Below, in pieces: positions 47,742 through 57,578 of a DNA stretch of 64,000 bases. The notes beneath the pieces were generated by a model, which was not told the DNA's origin, did no database searches, and was given only the letters and a program-made list of their open reading frames with translations. Source of the DNA: Vulcanimicrobiota bacterium (lineage in GTDB: Bacteria; Vulcanimicrobiota; Xenobia; Xenobiales; JADMJV01). Position 1 is the first letter of the stretch, and the number at the start of each line of letters is the position of its first letter. Made by a program: the position numbers and the translations under genes. Where the stretch lies: positions 224,001 through 288,000 of the forward strand of contig JBFWNU010000001.1 in NCBI GenBank assembly GCA_050250895.1, given 5' to 3'.

Positions 47742-49904
47742 TTACGAATCGTGTCCAGCCTGATCAATGCGACTCAGCAGATGAAAGGCCTGACCGAGCA
47801 AGTGTCCGCGCACCACCAGAGTGCTGGCCAGGTGACGGTCCTCGAGCCGGTAAAGCTGATAGACGGCCCGGCGCCGCACGAACTGAGTGTAGACCGAGAC
47901 AGGGCCGAATTGCCGCTCGCTGACCATGGCCGCTTCGACTTTATTCAGCTGAGCCTGGACTAACGATTCATAGCCCATCAAGTCCAGGTTCGGCTCGAGT
48001 AGCTCCTCGATGGCGTCCCGCGAGGTGTCGAGCAAAGCCTTCAACTGTGCGAAGCTGGCTCGAGCCCGATACCTGGCCCACTCGTCGAGAGGCAGTCCAC
48101 CCTTCCCCTCTTGCAACAGCCATTCTAGAAAACGCCAATGAACGAACTCGTCGCGCTCAGGCAGCGGGATGGCCTGCAAAAGATAGCCCAAAGCTCGTTC
48201 TCGGGCTTGACCGGCCGGCCCTGAAAAGCGGGCGGCAAAGGCGAGCTCTTCGAGCAAGTCGCGATCGTCAGGCTGAGCCTCGAGGGCCGAGCAGAGTTGC
48301 TCGTACGCCCTCGCATCGTCGCCCTCGACCCTCAGCATCTCGGCCTCGAAGCGATGGCCCCAGGCTTTGAGGCGGTTCTCCTGCAAGCTGGCGCTCAGAG
48401 CGCTACCATGGCGTTGGCGGGCCGAAGCCAGGTCTCCTCGAGCCCGGTCGACCAGGGCCGCACGGTGCAAGACCCAGAGTCGGGCCCGAGGCTGCATAGG
48501 TCGGCCCAACAACTCTTCGAACCCGGGTCGGGCGAGCTTGTGAGGCGCTTCCAGGCTCGCTAGAATCAGCTCGAGTTCGTTGAGTTCGAGTTCAGCTTCG
48601 GGCAGTTCCAGTTTGTCCAGTAGCCCGTGAAGGGGTTGGCAAGCGCCCCGGGCCCTTTCGAACTCGAGCTTCTCCAGGTGGGTCTTGATGCCGGTTACCA
48701 TGCTCGAGCGGATGGTTAGTCGCAGATGGCGGGCCCGCCCGCTGAGTCCCATACTATCGAGGTGGTCGGCCAGGGCCAGGTTGCTGTCGAGATCTTTCTG
48801 CCTGCCGGTGGCCAACCCGTGATGAGCCAACCAGTGCTCGAGCACTCCCAGGTTCTCGGCCGCGAGTTGCTCGGGCGGCTGGGCCAGCACCGCCTGCACG
48901 TCGGCCACCAGATACTCGCGATCGCTGCCAGCGAGTGCGTCGGGATTGCGACACACCTCGACCAGCAGGTCGACGGCCCAGGCTTTCAGCTGGTCGACGA
49001 CGGCCGTATAGGTATCGTTCTCGACCAGGTCAGAATGAGACAGGTTCTTCTTCAGCTCGGGAGCTACCACCAGACCGGTCAGACAGTTGAGGCCGAGCAA
49101 CTTGTGAGGGCGACGAAACAGGATGCCCTGATGGATGAAGGCCAGGCCTCGACTGGTTCCACCCAGGGCCAGCACGGCAGCCACCGGGGCTGGCCCGGCG
49201 GGCGCCGAGGGGAAGCGACCATCGGGTAGCGCCGAAACCTTGGCCCGGGGGTCGAGGGATGGATAAATCTTGACCCCCATGCACGGAGAGGGCAACTGGA
49301 TAGGCTCGTTGAGAAGGTCACCGTCGACTTTGAGCTGCAAAGGGGCATGGCGACACACCCTCATAAGGTTGGCCAATTCGGGATGAACCTTGATCACCCG
49401 GCTGGTCAGACCAAACCCTTTGTCCACCACCACCCGATTGAGGGACAGGCCGGTGCGCGGCTCGAGGCTCTCGATTTTCTGCTGACTGCCTCGCCAGGTC
49501 AGCCGATTGGCCTGGTCGAGGCGGTAAGATTCGACGATGATCTGCTTTGGCTCGATGGCCTGAGCAGCGTGCAGCCCTACAGCCAGTTCGGTGAGGTGGC
49601 GCGGCATGCCGGTGGTGTCATAGAGAAACCCCGACAAGTGCTCGAGCTGCTCGGCGGTGGCCGCCTCGCCGTCATAGAGAAACTCGCAACGGGTGAGACT
49701 GCTTTTCACCTCGAGAAAAGTCGCCTGTCCGGCTACGGCCGCGGCCACCATCTGCACCACGTAAAGCCCTGGGTCGAGCAGCTGAAATTTGCGCAGCTTC
49801 TCGTCAGCCGCCTCGGAGCTGATGGTAAAGCGCCCCACCGATTCGAACTCGCCCCCCTGCGCAAACTCTTGTAGATACGTGTTCAGGGCATCGATCTCGG
49901 GCAT
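47742..49904 (-). CDS. hypothetical protein, possible degenerate GHKL-like N-domain and TPR-like C-terminus
   Basis: GRFTISSEAADEKLRKFQL.DP..YVVQMVAAAVA N-terminus; helical repeats. Fold assignment tentative. Confidence 0.65.
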   Translation of the reverse strand: MPEIDALNTYLQEFAQGGEFESVGRFTISSEAADEKLRKFQLLDPGLYVVQMVAAAVAGQATFLEVKSSLTRCEFLYDGEAATAEQLEHLSGFLYDTTGMPRHLTELAVGLHAAQAIEPKQIIVESYRLDQANRLTWRGSQQKIESLEPRTGLSLNRVVVDKGFGLTSRVIKVHPELANLMRVCRHAPLQLKVDGDLLNEPIQLPSPCMGVKIYPSLDPRAKVSALPDGRFPSAPAGPAPVAAVLALGGTSRGLAFIHQGILFRRPHKLLGLNCLTGLVVAPELKKNLSHSDLVENDTYTAVVDQLKAWAVDLLVEVCRNPDALAGSDREYLVADVQAVLAQPPEQLAAENLGVLEHWLAHHGLATGRQKDLDSNLALADHLDSMGLSGRARHLRLTIRSSMVTGIKTHLEKLEFERARGACQPLHGLLDKLELPEAELELNELELILASLEAPHKLARPGFEELLGRPMQPRARLWVLHRAALVDRARGDLASARQRHGSALSASLQENRLKAWGHRFEAEMLRVEGDDARAYEQLCSALEAQPDDRDLLEELAFAARFSGPAGQARERALGYLLQAIPLPERDEFVHWRFLEWLLQEGKGGLPLDEWARYRARASFAQLKALLDTSRDAIEELLEPNLDLMGYESLVQAQLNKVEAAMVSERQFGPVSVYTQFVRRRAVYQLYRLEDRHLASTLVVRGHLLGQAFHLLSRIDQAGHDS

Positions 49905-50015
49905 GGCCGATGGGTTCGGCCCCGCCCGGGTGCGTCCTCCGGATGGGGTCTGCCTATCCGCCCAGGTCTCGCCTGGCGCCTCGGCTCGGGTTAGGCTGAG
50001 AGGAAGGGAGGCCTT

Positions 50016-50174
50016 ATGAATTGGCTTGCTCAACTCGGAATCTTCATCCTCGTGCTGGCGGCGCTCAAGTATTTACTGGGCCTGCCCATTTCTATCGTGG
50101 GCAGCCTGGTCCTGACCGTGCTGCTGACGCTCGTTTTCGCAGGGATCAGCAGCTTCAGTCGACGCGACACTTAG
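50016..50174 (+). CDS. small two-TM membrane protein, 52 aa
   Basis: MNWLAQLGIFILVLAALKYLLGLPISIVGSLVLTVLLTLVFAGISSFSRRDT; GGGAGG ribosome-binding site. Confidence 0.75.
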   Translation: MNWLAQLGIFILVLAALKYLLGLPISIVGSLVLTVLLTLVFAGISSFSRRDT

Positions 50175-50216
50175 CCGTTTAAGCTCTGATTCAGCCCCGA
50201 TTGGGATAGTCCAGGT

Positions 50217-50768
50217 GTGAGGATCCCATCGGTCAAAAAAGACCAGCTGGCCGGTTATCTCCAACGGCAGCGCCAAACGTTGCAAGAGAGCGACCTGCCG
50301 GAGCCCCGTCGAGGGCAGGCGATTCGACTGGTCGAGCGCGATCTAGCCCTGCTTCAGGGCGCCCGCGGCGAGACGGTCGAGCAAATGCGCGCGAACCTGG
50401 CTCTGGGACGCAGCCTGGTTCACGGAGCCGCACTCACCATCGGCGCCGGGGCCGTGGCGGGGGCCTGCCTGGCCCTGACCGGAGCTATCTCGGGTCGCGA
50501 TTTCTCTCTCGCCTTCGCAGGGCTGGGCGCCCTGGGTGTGGCCACCATGGCCGTGGCTACCTTTGGGGTGCAAAAGCCCGCCGTGGGGGAAGTACTCGAC
50601 AGCCTGGACTCGCGCATCCAGAGCTTGCAGGCCATCGCGGTGGACTCCCGCCACCAGGTCGAAGAGCTCCTCCAACCCGCGCCCGTCGCCGATATTCAGA
50701 TCGACGACGAAGGCGTGCAGCTGGGCGATGTCTTTCTGCCCATCGAGCGCGACAACAGCTATTTCTAA
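50217..50768 (+). CDS. hypothetical membrane protein
   Basis: Two Gly/Ala-rich TM helices flanked by coiled segments. Confidence 0.7.
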   Translation: MRIPSVKKDQLAGYLQRQRQTLQESDLPEPRRGQAIRLVERDLALLQGARGETVEQMRANLALGRSLVHGAALTIGAGAVAGACLALTGAISGRDFSLAFAGLGALGVATMAVATFGVQKPAVGEVLDSLDSRIQSLQAIAVDSRHQVEELLQPAPVADIQIDDEGVQLGDVFLPIERDNSYF

Positions 50769-51424
50769 CAGTCGTGGGTTATCGTGGTGGTAAAGGTGTC
50801 GGTGTCGGTTGGCCCACACGGTCCCTGCACCCGGAAAGTCACGTCAGTGCTACCCGCGCTTAAGAAGGTGAAGCTGAACATCGATTGGGTGGCGCTGGAG
50901 AATTCGAAAGTCCCGTCATCACCGATGTCGACGGCATACTCGCAAATCATGCAGGTGTGGGTCGAGCCGGAGAGGTCCCAGGTATGCGTCCTGGTGCCCG
51001 TGCAGGTATCCGTGAACCCAAGGGTGGGAGGGGCGGTGGGACAGGGGCAACTCGAGGCCGAAGCGGCCGCCGCCGGAGTGGTCACTGACGCCATCAGCGG
51101 CAGGACGGCCGCAGCCGCTCCCCAGCGCCGCAAGAAATCGCGCCGACTGACCTGACTGGGAAAGCAATCCGAGACCAGTCCTCGGCCGTGCAGTTCGGTT
51201 AAAGTCATGGCCACCAACTCATCAGCGGCTTCTGAGGGCAGCCCGAGGTGGTGGGCCAATTGCCGGGCCACCTCGGCCCGGCTGCGCCGACCGTCGCTGA
51301 ATCCCCACACCAGGGCGGCGGTGGGATTGAGGTTGTGGACCTTGCCCCCATCGGGCTCCATCAACAGCACTTCTTCACCGACCTGGGTGGCCAGCACCCG
51401 GGTATTCGCTTTCGGCATCTTCAT
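50765..51424 (-). CDS. PqqD/RRE domain fused to an RR leader and a Cys-containing PKD-like C-terminal domain
   Basis: EEVLLM...VHNLNPTAALVWGFSDGRRS...LTELHGRGLV, then VSRRDFLRRWGAAAAVLPLMASVTTPAAAASASSCPC; DLSGS..YAVDIGDDGTFE PKD-like; AGGAG ribosome-binding site. Confidence 0.85.
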   Translation of the reverse strand: MKMPKANTRVLATQVGEEVLLMEPDGGKVHNLNPTAALVWGFSDGRRSRAEVARQLAHHLGLPSEAADELVAMTLTELHGRGLVSDCFPSQVSRRDFLRRWGAAAAVLPLMASVTTPAAAASASSCPCPTAPPTLGFTDTCTGTRTHTWDLSGSTHTCMICEYAVDIGDDGTFEFSSATQSMFSFTFLSAGSTDVTFRVQGPCGPTDTDTFTTTITHDC

Positions 51425-51439
51425 TCTATTGTTCTCCTA

Positions 51440-53872
51440 TTAGGGTCGAAATCTCAAGGTGGTGCCGCTGGGGACCGGGGCGGTCCATTGAGTGCCCTCG
51501 GACCCGTCGGCGTTCTCGATGCCGATGGTCATTGCTCCCCCTTCATCGGCATCGGGGTGTCCGAAGTCGGTATCGATGAAGTGGAAGAAGATATCGTTGT
51601 TGCCATTGTCGAGCATCTCGAGCTGGAAGGTGCCTTCGCCCACGGCCAGATAACCCACCTGAGAGCCGCTGACGAAAACCGGCAAGCCATAGCCGACGTT
51701 CTTCCACTCGATGGCCAGAAAAGTACCATCGCCCTCGAGACGGACCTCGGTGTTGGCCGTGGGATGCAGCGTACCCCAGAAGGGAGCGAGCAGATTGTCG
51801 GGGTTGGTGGCCGACGGCAGTTGCTGGTTGCTGAGCGTGAAGGTCGAGGTGTCAAACTGGGCGATGCCAAAGTTGGTCACCGCCAGGAGAGCGTCGGCGA
51901 TGTCGGTGCCGTAGAACTCGAAGTGGAAGCCTGAAGAGACAGTGAAGGCCGCGATCCCGAAGGGGCTGGCGCCCCCGGGATTGAGCCCGGAAAGACTGGC
52001 AATGGCGCCGGTGGTGAAGGTGCGAGGCGAGAAGGGCTGTTGGGTGACCTGATAGACGACGCCGGCCCCATTGGTGGTAAAATCGGCCGTGTTCGAGGTG
52101 TCGCTACCGGCGTTGGTGACGGCGATGGTGCCCGTTCCGGTCGCCACCCCGCTGGGGATGGTGGCCATGATCGTGTTCTCGTCCCAACTGTCGATGGTGA
52201 GGTTGACGGCCGGGTTGACTCCGATGGTCAGACTGACCGTGCCGGTGGTCGAGCCGAAACCGACCCCGGTGAGGGTGACCTGGGTGCCCTCGCTGCCGCC
52301 CTCGGGCGCGATCCCGTCGAGAAAGATGGTGTGGGTGATATCGGCCGAGAGCGCCGCATTGGCATCGAGGCGTCCACCGCTTTGACATTGGCCCGCATAG
52401 TTGCCGGCGCCTGCGTTGGCCGACTCCATCAAACGTTTGCGCACGTCAGAATAGCTGATGCCGGCGAAGTTCGCATAGAGCAGGGCGGCCGCGCCCGCCA
52501 CGTGGGGAGCGGCCTGAGAGGTGCCGACGGCTCCTCCGATGCCGGTGTCGCTGGTGTGGGAAATCCCCAGGATAAAATAACCGCTGCCACCGGTCGGTGC
52601 GGTCGCGCCCGAATCGGCGGTGTCGCCACCGGGGGCGAACAGATCGACGGCGGTAGCGCCAATATTGGAGAACTCGGCCACCGTGTCGGCCGGGCTATGG
52701 GCCCCCACGGTGACGATGTTGGGAGACTTGTAAGCGGCCGGGAAGCGAGGGCTGCTCTCGAGATCGCTGGCCTGGTTACCCGAGGCGCACACACAAAGAA
52801 TGTTGCTGTCAGCGGCCCGATCGATGGCGTCTTTGAGAGCCCGACTCGCGCTATTAGAAGACAAACTCAGGTTGATGACGTTGGCGCCATTGTCGGTAGC
52901 ATAGTCGACCGCCTTGACGACGGCCGCCAGTTCGACCGAATTGGAAGCGCCCGCCACTTTGAGAATCATCAGTTGACAATCATAGGCGAGACCTACGATT
53001 CCGGTATTGTTTCGTTCGGCCCCAATGATGCTGGCCACGTTTCCACCGTGGGAATTCTCGTCGGTGACGTCGCCGTCGTCGGTGCTGGTGAAGCGAAAGT
53101 CGGCGCCGTTGATATCGTCGACATAGCCGTTGCCGTCATCGTCGATGAGATTGCCCGCCGTCTCGCCGGGATTGACCCACAGGTTGTCATCGACCTCGAC
53201 GTGGGTGGTCCTGATCCCCGTATCGATGACGGCCACCACCACCCCCGAACCGGTCGAGGTGTTCCAGGCATCGCAGGCTCGCGAATCCACACCGGCAATT
53301 CCGGCTGGAAAGTTACTGTCTCCCGGCACATTCGAGGCCCCATCGTTGTTGAGACCCCATTGCTGCCCGAAAAAGCCATCGGTGGGCGCCACCGTATCTT
53401 CCAGTTCCATCAGATAGTTGGGCTCGACATAGTCGACATCGGGGTTAGCGCTCAAGGCGAACACAGTGGCCGGAACGGTCTGGCCCGAATTGATCTCGAG
53501 GACTCCGGCCTCGATGCCGTCGAGCACGTCGACCACGGTGGTATCCACGCCGGTCTGCTGCGCCAGCACTTCGAGGCGTTGCCCGCGCTGCAGGACAGAC
53601 ACTTCTCTGCCCAGGGCCGAGCGAGGGTTGATCCCGTTCTTGAACTTGACGATGACCTGGTTTTGGACATAGGCGCCTCGCGGCACCAGATCAGCCCGAA
53701 CGTTCGAGACGAAGGGTCCTGTCAACACAGCTGGATTGGCCACCGCAGCCGTCCCGCCCGCAGATGGCTCGGACGACGTTCCGCCTGCCGTGCCCCCGCT
53801 GCCGCCTCCGCAGCCAGCCAGAACCAGAACAAATAAGGCCGCCAAGAGCCTCGCCCAATGCCTCTCCATCAT
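51440..53872 (-). CDS. S8 subtilisin-like serine protease lipoprotein with IPT/TIG domain
   Basis: Lipobox LAGC; propeptide; triad VIDTG / HGGNVAS / GTSQAAPHVAG; oxyanion ASGN; IPT module. Confidence 0.93.
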   Translation of the reverse strand: MMERHWARLLAALFVLVLAGCGGGSGGTAGGTSSEPSAGGTAAVANPAVLTGPFVSNVRADLVPRGAYVQNQVIVKFKNGINPRSALGREVSVLQRGQRLEVLAQQTGVDTTVVDVLDGIEAGVLEINSGQTVPATVFALSANPDVDYVEPNYLMELEDTVAPTDGFFGQQWGLNNDGASNVPGDSNFPAGIAGVDSRACDAWNTSTGSGVVVAVIDTGIRTTHVEVDDNLWVNPGETAGNLIDDDGNGYVDDINGADFRFTSTDDGDVTDENSHGGNVASIIGAERNNTGIVGLAYDCQLMILKVAGASNSVELAAVVKAVDYATDNGANVINLSLSSNSASRALKDAIDRAADSNILCVCASGNQASDLESSPRFPAAYKSPNIVTVGAHSPADTVAEFSNIGATAVDLFAPGGDTADSGATAPTGGSGYFILGISHTSDTGIGGAVGTSQAAPHVAGAAALLYANFAGISYSDVRKRLMESANAGAGNYAGQCQSGGRLDANAALSADITHTIFLDGIAPEGGSEGTQVTLTGVGFGSTTGTVSLTIGVNPAVNLTIDSWDENTIMATIPSGVATGTGTIAVTNAGSDTSNTADFTTNGAGVVYQVTQQPFSPRTFTTGAIASLSGLNPGGASPFGIAAFTVSSGFHFEFYGTDIADALLAVTNFGIAQFDTSTFTLSNQQLPSATNPDNLLAPFWGTLHPTANTEVRLEGDGTFLAIEWKNVGYGLPVFVSGSQVGYLAVGEGTFQLEMLDNGNNDIFFHFIDTDFGHPDADEGGAMTIGIENADGSEGTQWTAPVPSGTTLRFRP

Positions 53873-53961
53873 ACCTCCCACAGCCCCTCCAGGGTCTGCC
53901 AGAAGTGTTACTTTGTATGTTCACCGAAAAGTCCCTAGTTTGTATCTAAAATATGTAGGTT

Positions 53962-54426
53962 TTAGGAAGAGAGCCTTTCCATCAGCAGAATCCGACCTTT
54001 GGACTCGCCGGTTAGAGTGAATCCCTGGTGAGCCCAGAAGGCCAGGCCATCGTGATTGTCGCGCAGCACCCCCAGGCGCACGCGCCGACAACCCCAGGCT
54101 GCGGCCTGGGCTTTGGTGAAGTCGACGGCCTCACGACCCAATCCCAGACCCCGTCGGTCTTCGGCCAACAGCAAAAGGCCCAGAAAGGCTGCCTCGGCGT
54201 CGGGGTAGCCCTGGACCAGATCCAGGCATCCCTGCAGACCATCCTGCTCCAACCCCCAGACGAACTTCTGCTCGGGCGGTGTGCCCGGGGGCGTCTCTTG
54301 AAGCAGTTGGCGGGCGTCCTCAAGGCAGGGCGGACGTCCCTCGGCTAGCTGAAAATAGGCGGGGGCCCGCTCGAACAAGGCCAGGAGCTGGTCATACTCG
54401 TTGGTGAGCCGGCGAAAGGTGAGCAT
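53962..54426 (-). CDS. GNAT family N-acetyltransferase
   Basis: RRGLGLG acetyl-CoA motif, N..GLAFW..QGF. Confidence 0.9.
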   Translation of the reverse strand: MLTFRRLTNEYDQLLALFERAPAYFQLAEGRPPCLEDARQLLQETPPGTPPEQKFVWGLEQDGLQGCLDLVQGYPDAEAAFLGLLLLAEDRRGLGLGREAVDFTKAQAAAWGCRRVRLGVLRDNHDGLAFWAHQGFTLTGESKGRILLMERLSS

Positions 54427-54500
54427 GCTCGAGTCTTGGACCCGACACCATCCGCCCCCTCTGCAAGAGGGATCTGCTCAGACAGACCAAAGCCGGGGCC

Positions 54501-55982
54501 ATGAAGGCGAGCAAGATCTTTCTAGGGGTGGTGGGGCTAACCACCCTCCTGCGGTTGCTGGTCATCGGCTGGTCGGGTCCGGCCTTCGAAGAGGCCTACT
54601 ATTGGAACTACGCCCAGCATCCCCAGCTGAGCTACTTTGACCATCCCCCCATGGTGGCCTGGCTCATCGGCGTTTCCACCCGCCTCGGCACCGACCACGC
54701 CTTCTTCATCCGACTGCCGGCCGTGTTGCTGTTTGTGGGCAGTAGCTGGGTCGCCTACCGACTGGCCCTGGCGACACTCGGCCAGAAAGAAGCTGACGGA
54801 ACGGTCATCCTGATGGCCTGCGTTCCCGCCTTCACGCTCTACTCGCTCGCCATGACCCCCGACCCTCCCCTCTTGTTCTTGTGGGGCCTGGGCCTGTATC
54901 TGGGCTGGCAGATGGTAGAGCAGCGACGTCCCTGGCTCTGGCTGGGAATCGGCCTTTGCACGGGTCTGGCCATGTTGAGCAAGTACACGGGAGCCCTCCT
55001 ACCCTTCGGAATCTTCGCTTACCTGGCCCAGCGTCGGGACTGGAAACTGCTGTTTTGCCCTCAGATGGCCCTGGGGGCCGGGCTGAGTTGGCTGGTCTTC
55101 TCGCCGGTGGTGATCTGGAACGCCAACAACGGCTGGGCCTCGTTTCTCTTCCAGGGGGTCGAGCGTTACGGCCAGGCCACCAGTGTGGCTGAGCGGCTGG
55201 GCTCGTGGGCCTTTCAAGCCATCCTGTGGAGCCCCTTCGGCCTGGTGGCCCTGGTGGCGGCCCTGGTCTGGGCCTGGCGTCGACGAGAAAACCCCGGCCT
55301 GCTGTATCTATGGTGGTCGTGCATGCCCCTGTTGGGACTGCTTTCTCTGGTTTCGCTCAAACGGCTGGTCCAGATCAACTGGCCGCTGCCGGCCTATCTG
55401 CCCGCGGCCATTCTGGTGGCCGCCTATTGGCGCGAAGGACTCGAGGAGGGTCGCCACCGCGGTTGGGTGACGGCCACGTTGCTGACCACCGGGTTCTTGA
55501 GCCTGATACCCTACTTCGGCACTCTGATACCCTGGGCCGCTCTCAACAGCATCGACACCGTCCACGGCTGGTCTGAGGCCGCGGTTCGCGTTGACCAGGA
55601 AAGAGAGCGCCACCGGGCGAGCTTCGTGGGCGGCTACGGCTATGAGGTTGCCAGCGAACTTGCCTTCCATCGCCGCGACCCTCGGCACACGCTCTCGCGC
55701 AATCTTTTCTGCGAAATCGCCAAGAGCTACACTTTCTGGCAAGATGTCAATGACTATCGAGGCCAGACCGGAATCATCGTAGCCATCCCCCGCGAACCCT
55801 TCGACGAGCGACTGATGACGATGTATTTCGACGGCTACGAGAAACTCGAGCCCCTGGTCGTCTATCGCGGAGGTCAACCCCTGCGGGAATACGCTCTCTA
55901 CGTGGGACACGGCTACAAAGGTGTAACCCCGGGTTCACAACTCAGGCCTGCAGGTAAGGGCTACGTCAGCTCGCCCGAGTAG
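54501..55982 (+). CDS. ArnT/PMT-like (GT-C) membrane glycosyltransferase
   Basis: EEAYYW, SYFDHPPMVAW, TPDPPL, LSKYT; polytopic. Confidence 0.9.
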   Translation: MKASKIFLGVVGLTTLLRLLVIGWSGPAFEEAYYWNYAQHPQLSYFDHPPMVAWLIGVSTRLGTDHAFFIRLPAVLLFVGSSWVAYRLALATLGQKEADGTVILMACVPAFTLYSLAMTPDPPLLFLWGLGLYLGWQMVEQRRPWLWLGIGLCTGLAMLSKYTGALLPFGIFAYLAQRRDWKLLFCPQMALGAGLSWLVFSPVVIWNANNGWASFLFQGVERYGQATSVAERLGSWAFQAILWSPFGLVALVAALVWAWRRRENPGLLYLWWSCMPLLGLLSLVSLKRLVQINWPLPAYLPAAILVAAYWREGLEEGRHRGWVTATLLTTGFLSLIPYFGTLIPWAALNSIDTVHGWSEAAVRVDQERERHRASFVGGYGYEVASELAFHRRDPRHTLSRNLFCEIAKSYTFWQDVNDYRGQTGIIVAIPREPFDERLMTMYFDGYEKLEPLVVYRGGQPLREYALYVGHGYKGVTPGSQLRPAGKGYVSSPE

Positions 55983-56020
55983 ACTGAACTCACAGACCAC
56001 GGACAGATGCGTGACCTTCG

Positions 56021-56048
56021 ACCCGCCCGAATGGCGGGTTCTTTTTTT
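56021..56048 (+). terminator. intrinsic terminator
   Basis: ACCCGCC-cgaat-GGCGGGT followed by TCTTTTTTT. Confidence 0.8.
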
Positions 56049-56640
56049 AAAGATGTTCGGCGCTGGCTTGCTCGACCAACGCTTGCAGTTCGCTTTTGGG
56101 GTCCATCGGCTCGTCGGACTCTGCCTCGGACTCTTCGGCGACGGCTGGCTGCTCGACCGGTGGCTTCTTGTTGAAGAGCGAGCGCAGCTTCTCGGTGATG
56201 AAACGCGAGGCTTTGCCCAGAGAGGTCTGGTCTTGCATCCCCGCCCGAATCTGCTTGGCCGTCTCGTGACCGCCCTTGAGGCCGTCGAGGTTGTATTGCT
56301 GAACCAGCCGGGCAACTTCGCCAGCATCGAGCCAGATGCCCCGACAGATCTCACACTCGTCCACCGCAATGCCACCAACATCGATGCGGGCCAGACGCGT
56401 CTTGCTGCAGCGAGGGCAACGGCGGGCCCGCATGGTGATATCCACCGTGTTCTGCCCCTCGAAGCGATAGGCCGGCAGCATAAACTGCTTGCTTAGCCTG
56501 GCGCTAGAGAAGAACTCTCGAAGTTCGTCAGCGTCAAACCAGATACCGAAACAAGCGGTACAGTTGTCGATCTCGAGGCCGGATTGGGGATCTTTGGCCG
56601 GGCTCATGGCGATATTGCAGGCAGGACATCGTAGCGGCAT
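56047..56640 (-). CDS. double zf-TFIIB-type zinc ribbon protein
   Basis: CPAC..IDNCTACFGIWFDADEL and CPRC..VDECEICRGIWLDAGEV. Confidence 0.88.
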   Translation of the reverse strand: MPLRCPACNIAMSPAKDPQSGLEIDNCTACFGIWFDADELREFFSSARLSKQFMLPAYRFEGQNTVDITMRARRCPRCSKTRLARIDVGGIAVDECEICRGIWLDAGEVARLVQQYNLDGLKGGHETAKQIRAGMQDQTSLGKASRFITEKLRSLFNKKPPVEQPAVAEESEAESDEPMDPKSELQALVEQASAEHL

Positions 56641-56713
56641 TTCTATTTTTTCGCCCAGCGCGGCTAGGGACCCTCCAAGAGGACTTCGACCTTCCGCGCG
56701 CCAAGTAGTTAGA

Positions 56714-57574
56714 GTGATTTCAGGGGTTGGCAAAGCTGGCGCGGCGGGGGCAGTCCCCCAGCGACGGGCGCATGGCAGCGCCCCCAACGGCGAGCCCCCC
56801 CCTCTCGACCCCCAGGACCTGCTGGCCGAAAACCAGCGCCTGAAGGCCGAACTGGCTCAACTCAAGAGCCATCGCAGCCCGGTCAGCTTCGATCCAGACC
56901 ACAACCGCATCTCGGTCCAGGGGCTCAAGACTCGCGACTTCGAGATTTGTGCCTTCGAGGCTAGAACCGAAGCGGTCGACACCCTGCTCGAACAGACCCT
57001 CTCCTTAGATGCCCTGCTGGCCCGTCCGGGCGAGCTCGTTTTGCCCAAGCTCGACGGACTCAAAGACACTCCCTTCGAGGTCGACAGTTTCAAGCTCAAG
57101 CTGCCCGGACGCACGCTCGCCCGCTCGGCCCAGGCGATTGGCCGTGACGCCATGCGCCGCCAGGGCATCAAAGAACTCGAGGTGCAACCCATGGGTGGCG
57201 ATCGCATCCGCCTGGCCGGGTCGGTCCGCCGATTCCTGGATGTGCCCTTCGAGGTGTCGGGCAAGCTCGGGCTCGAGGGTAACAAAGTCCGCTTCTCGCT
57301 CGAGAAGGCCCACATCTTCGGTGGTCTGCCCGTGCCGCGGCTGGTGGTGGAGCTGTTCTCGGCCCTGACCGGCAAGGATCTCCAGGAGATGCATGTCCAA
57401 CAGCGCGGCCAGGACTTTCTCATCGACACCGGTGTGTTCATTCCCAAGAACTTCAAAATGGCCCTCACCCGCATCGGGACCGAGGCCGGCCAATTGGTGC
57501 TCGAGGGAGGCAAGCCGGCGCCGCCACCCGAACCCAAAGCCAATCACAATCCCACCACCCTGACGATGGAATAG
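56714..57574 (+). CDS. hypothetical protein, possibly TULIP/DUF2993-like beta fold
   Basis: Start GTG at 56714 assumed; short coiled coil then long beta strands. Confidence 0.6.
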   Translation: MISGVGKAGAAGAVPQRRAHGSAPNGEPPPLDPQDLLAENQRLKAELAQLKSHRSPVSFDPDHNRISVQGLKTRDFEICAFEARTEAVDTLLEQTLSLDALLARPGELVLPKLDGLKDTPFEVDSFKLKLPGRTLARSAQAIGRDAMRRQGIKELEVQPMGGDRIRLAGSVRRFLDVPFEVSGKLGLEGNKVRFSLEKAHIFGGLPVPRLVVELFSALTGKDLQEMHVQQRGQDFLIDTGVFIPKNFKMALTRIGTEAGQLVLEGGKPAPPPEPKANHNPTTLTME

Positions 57575-57578
57575 CCCG

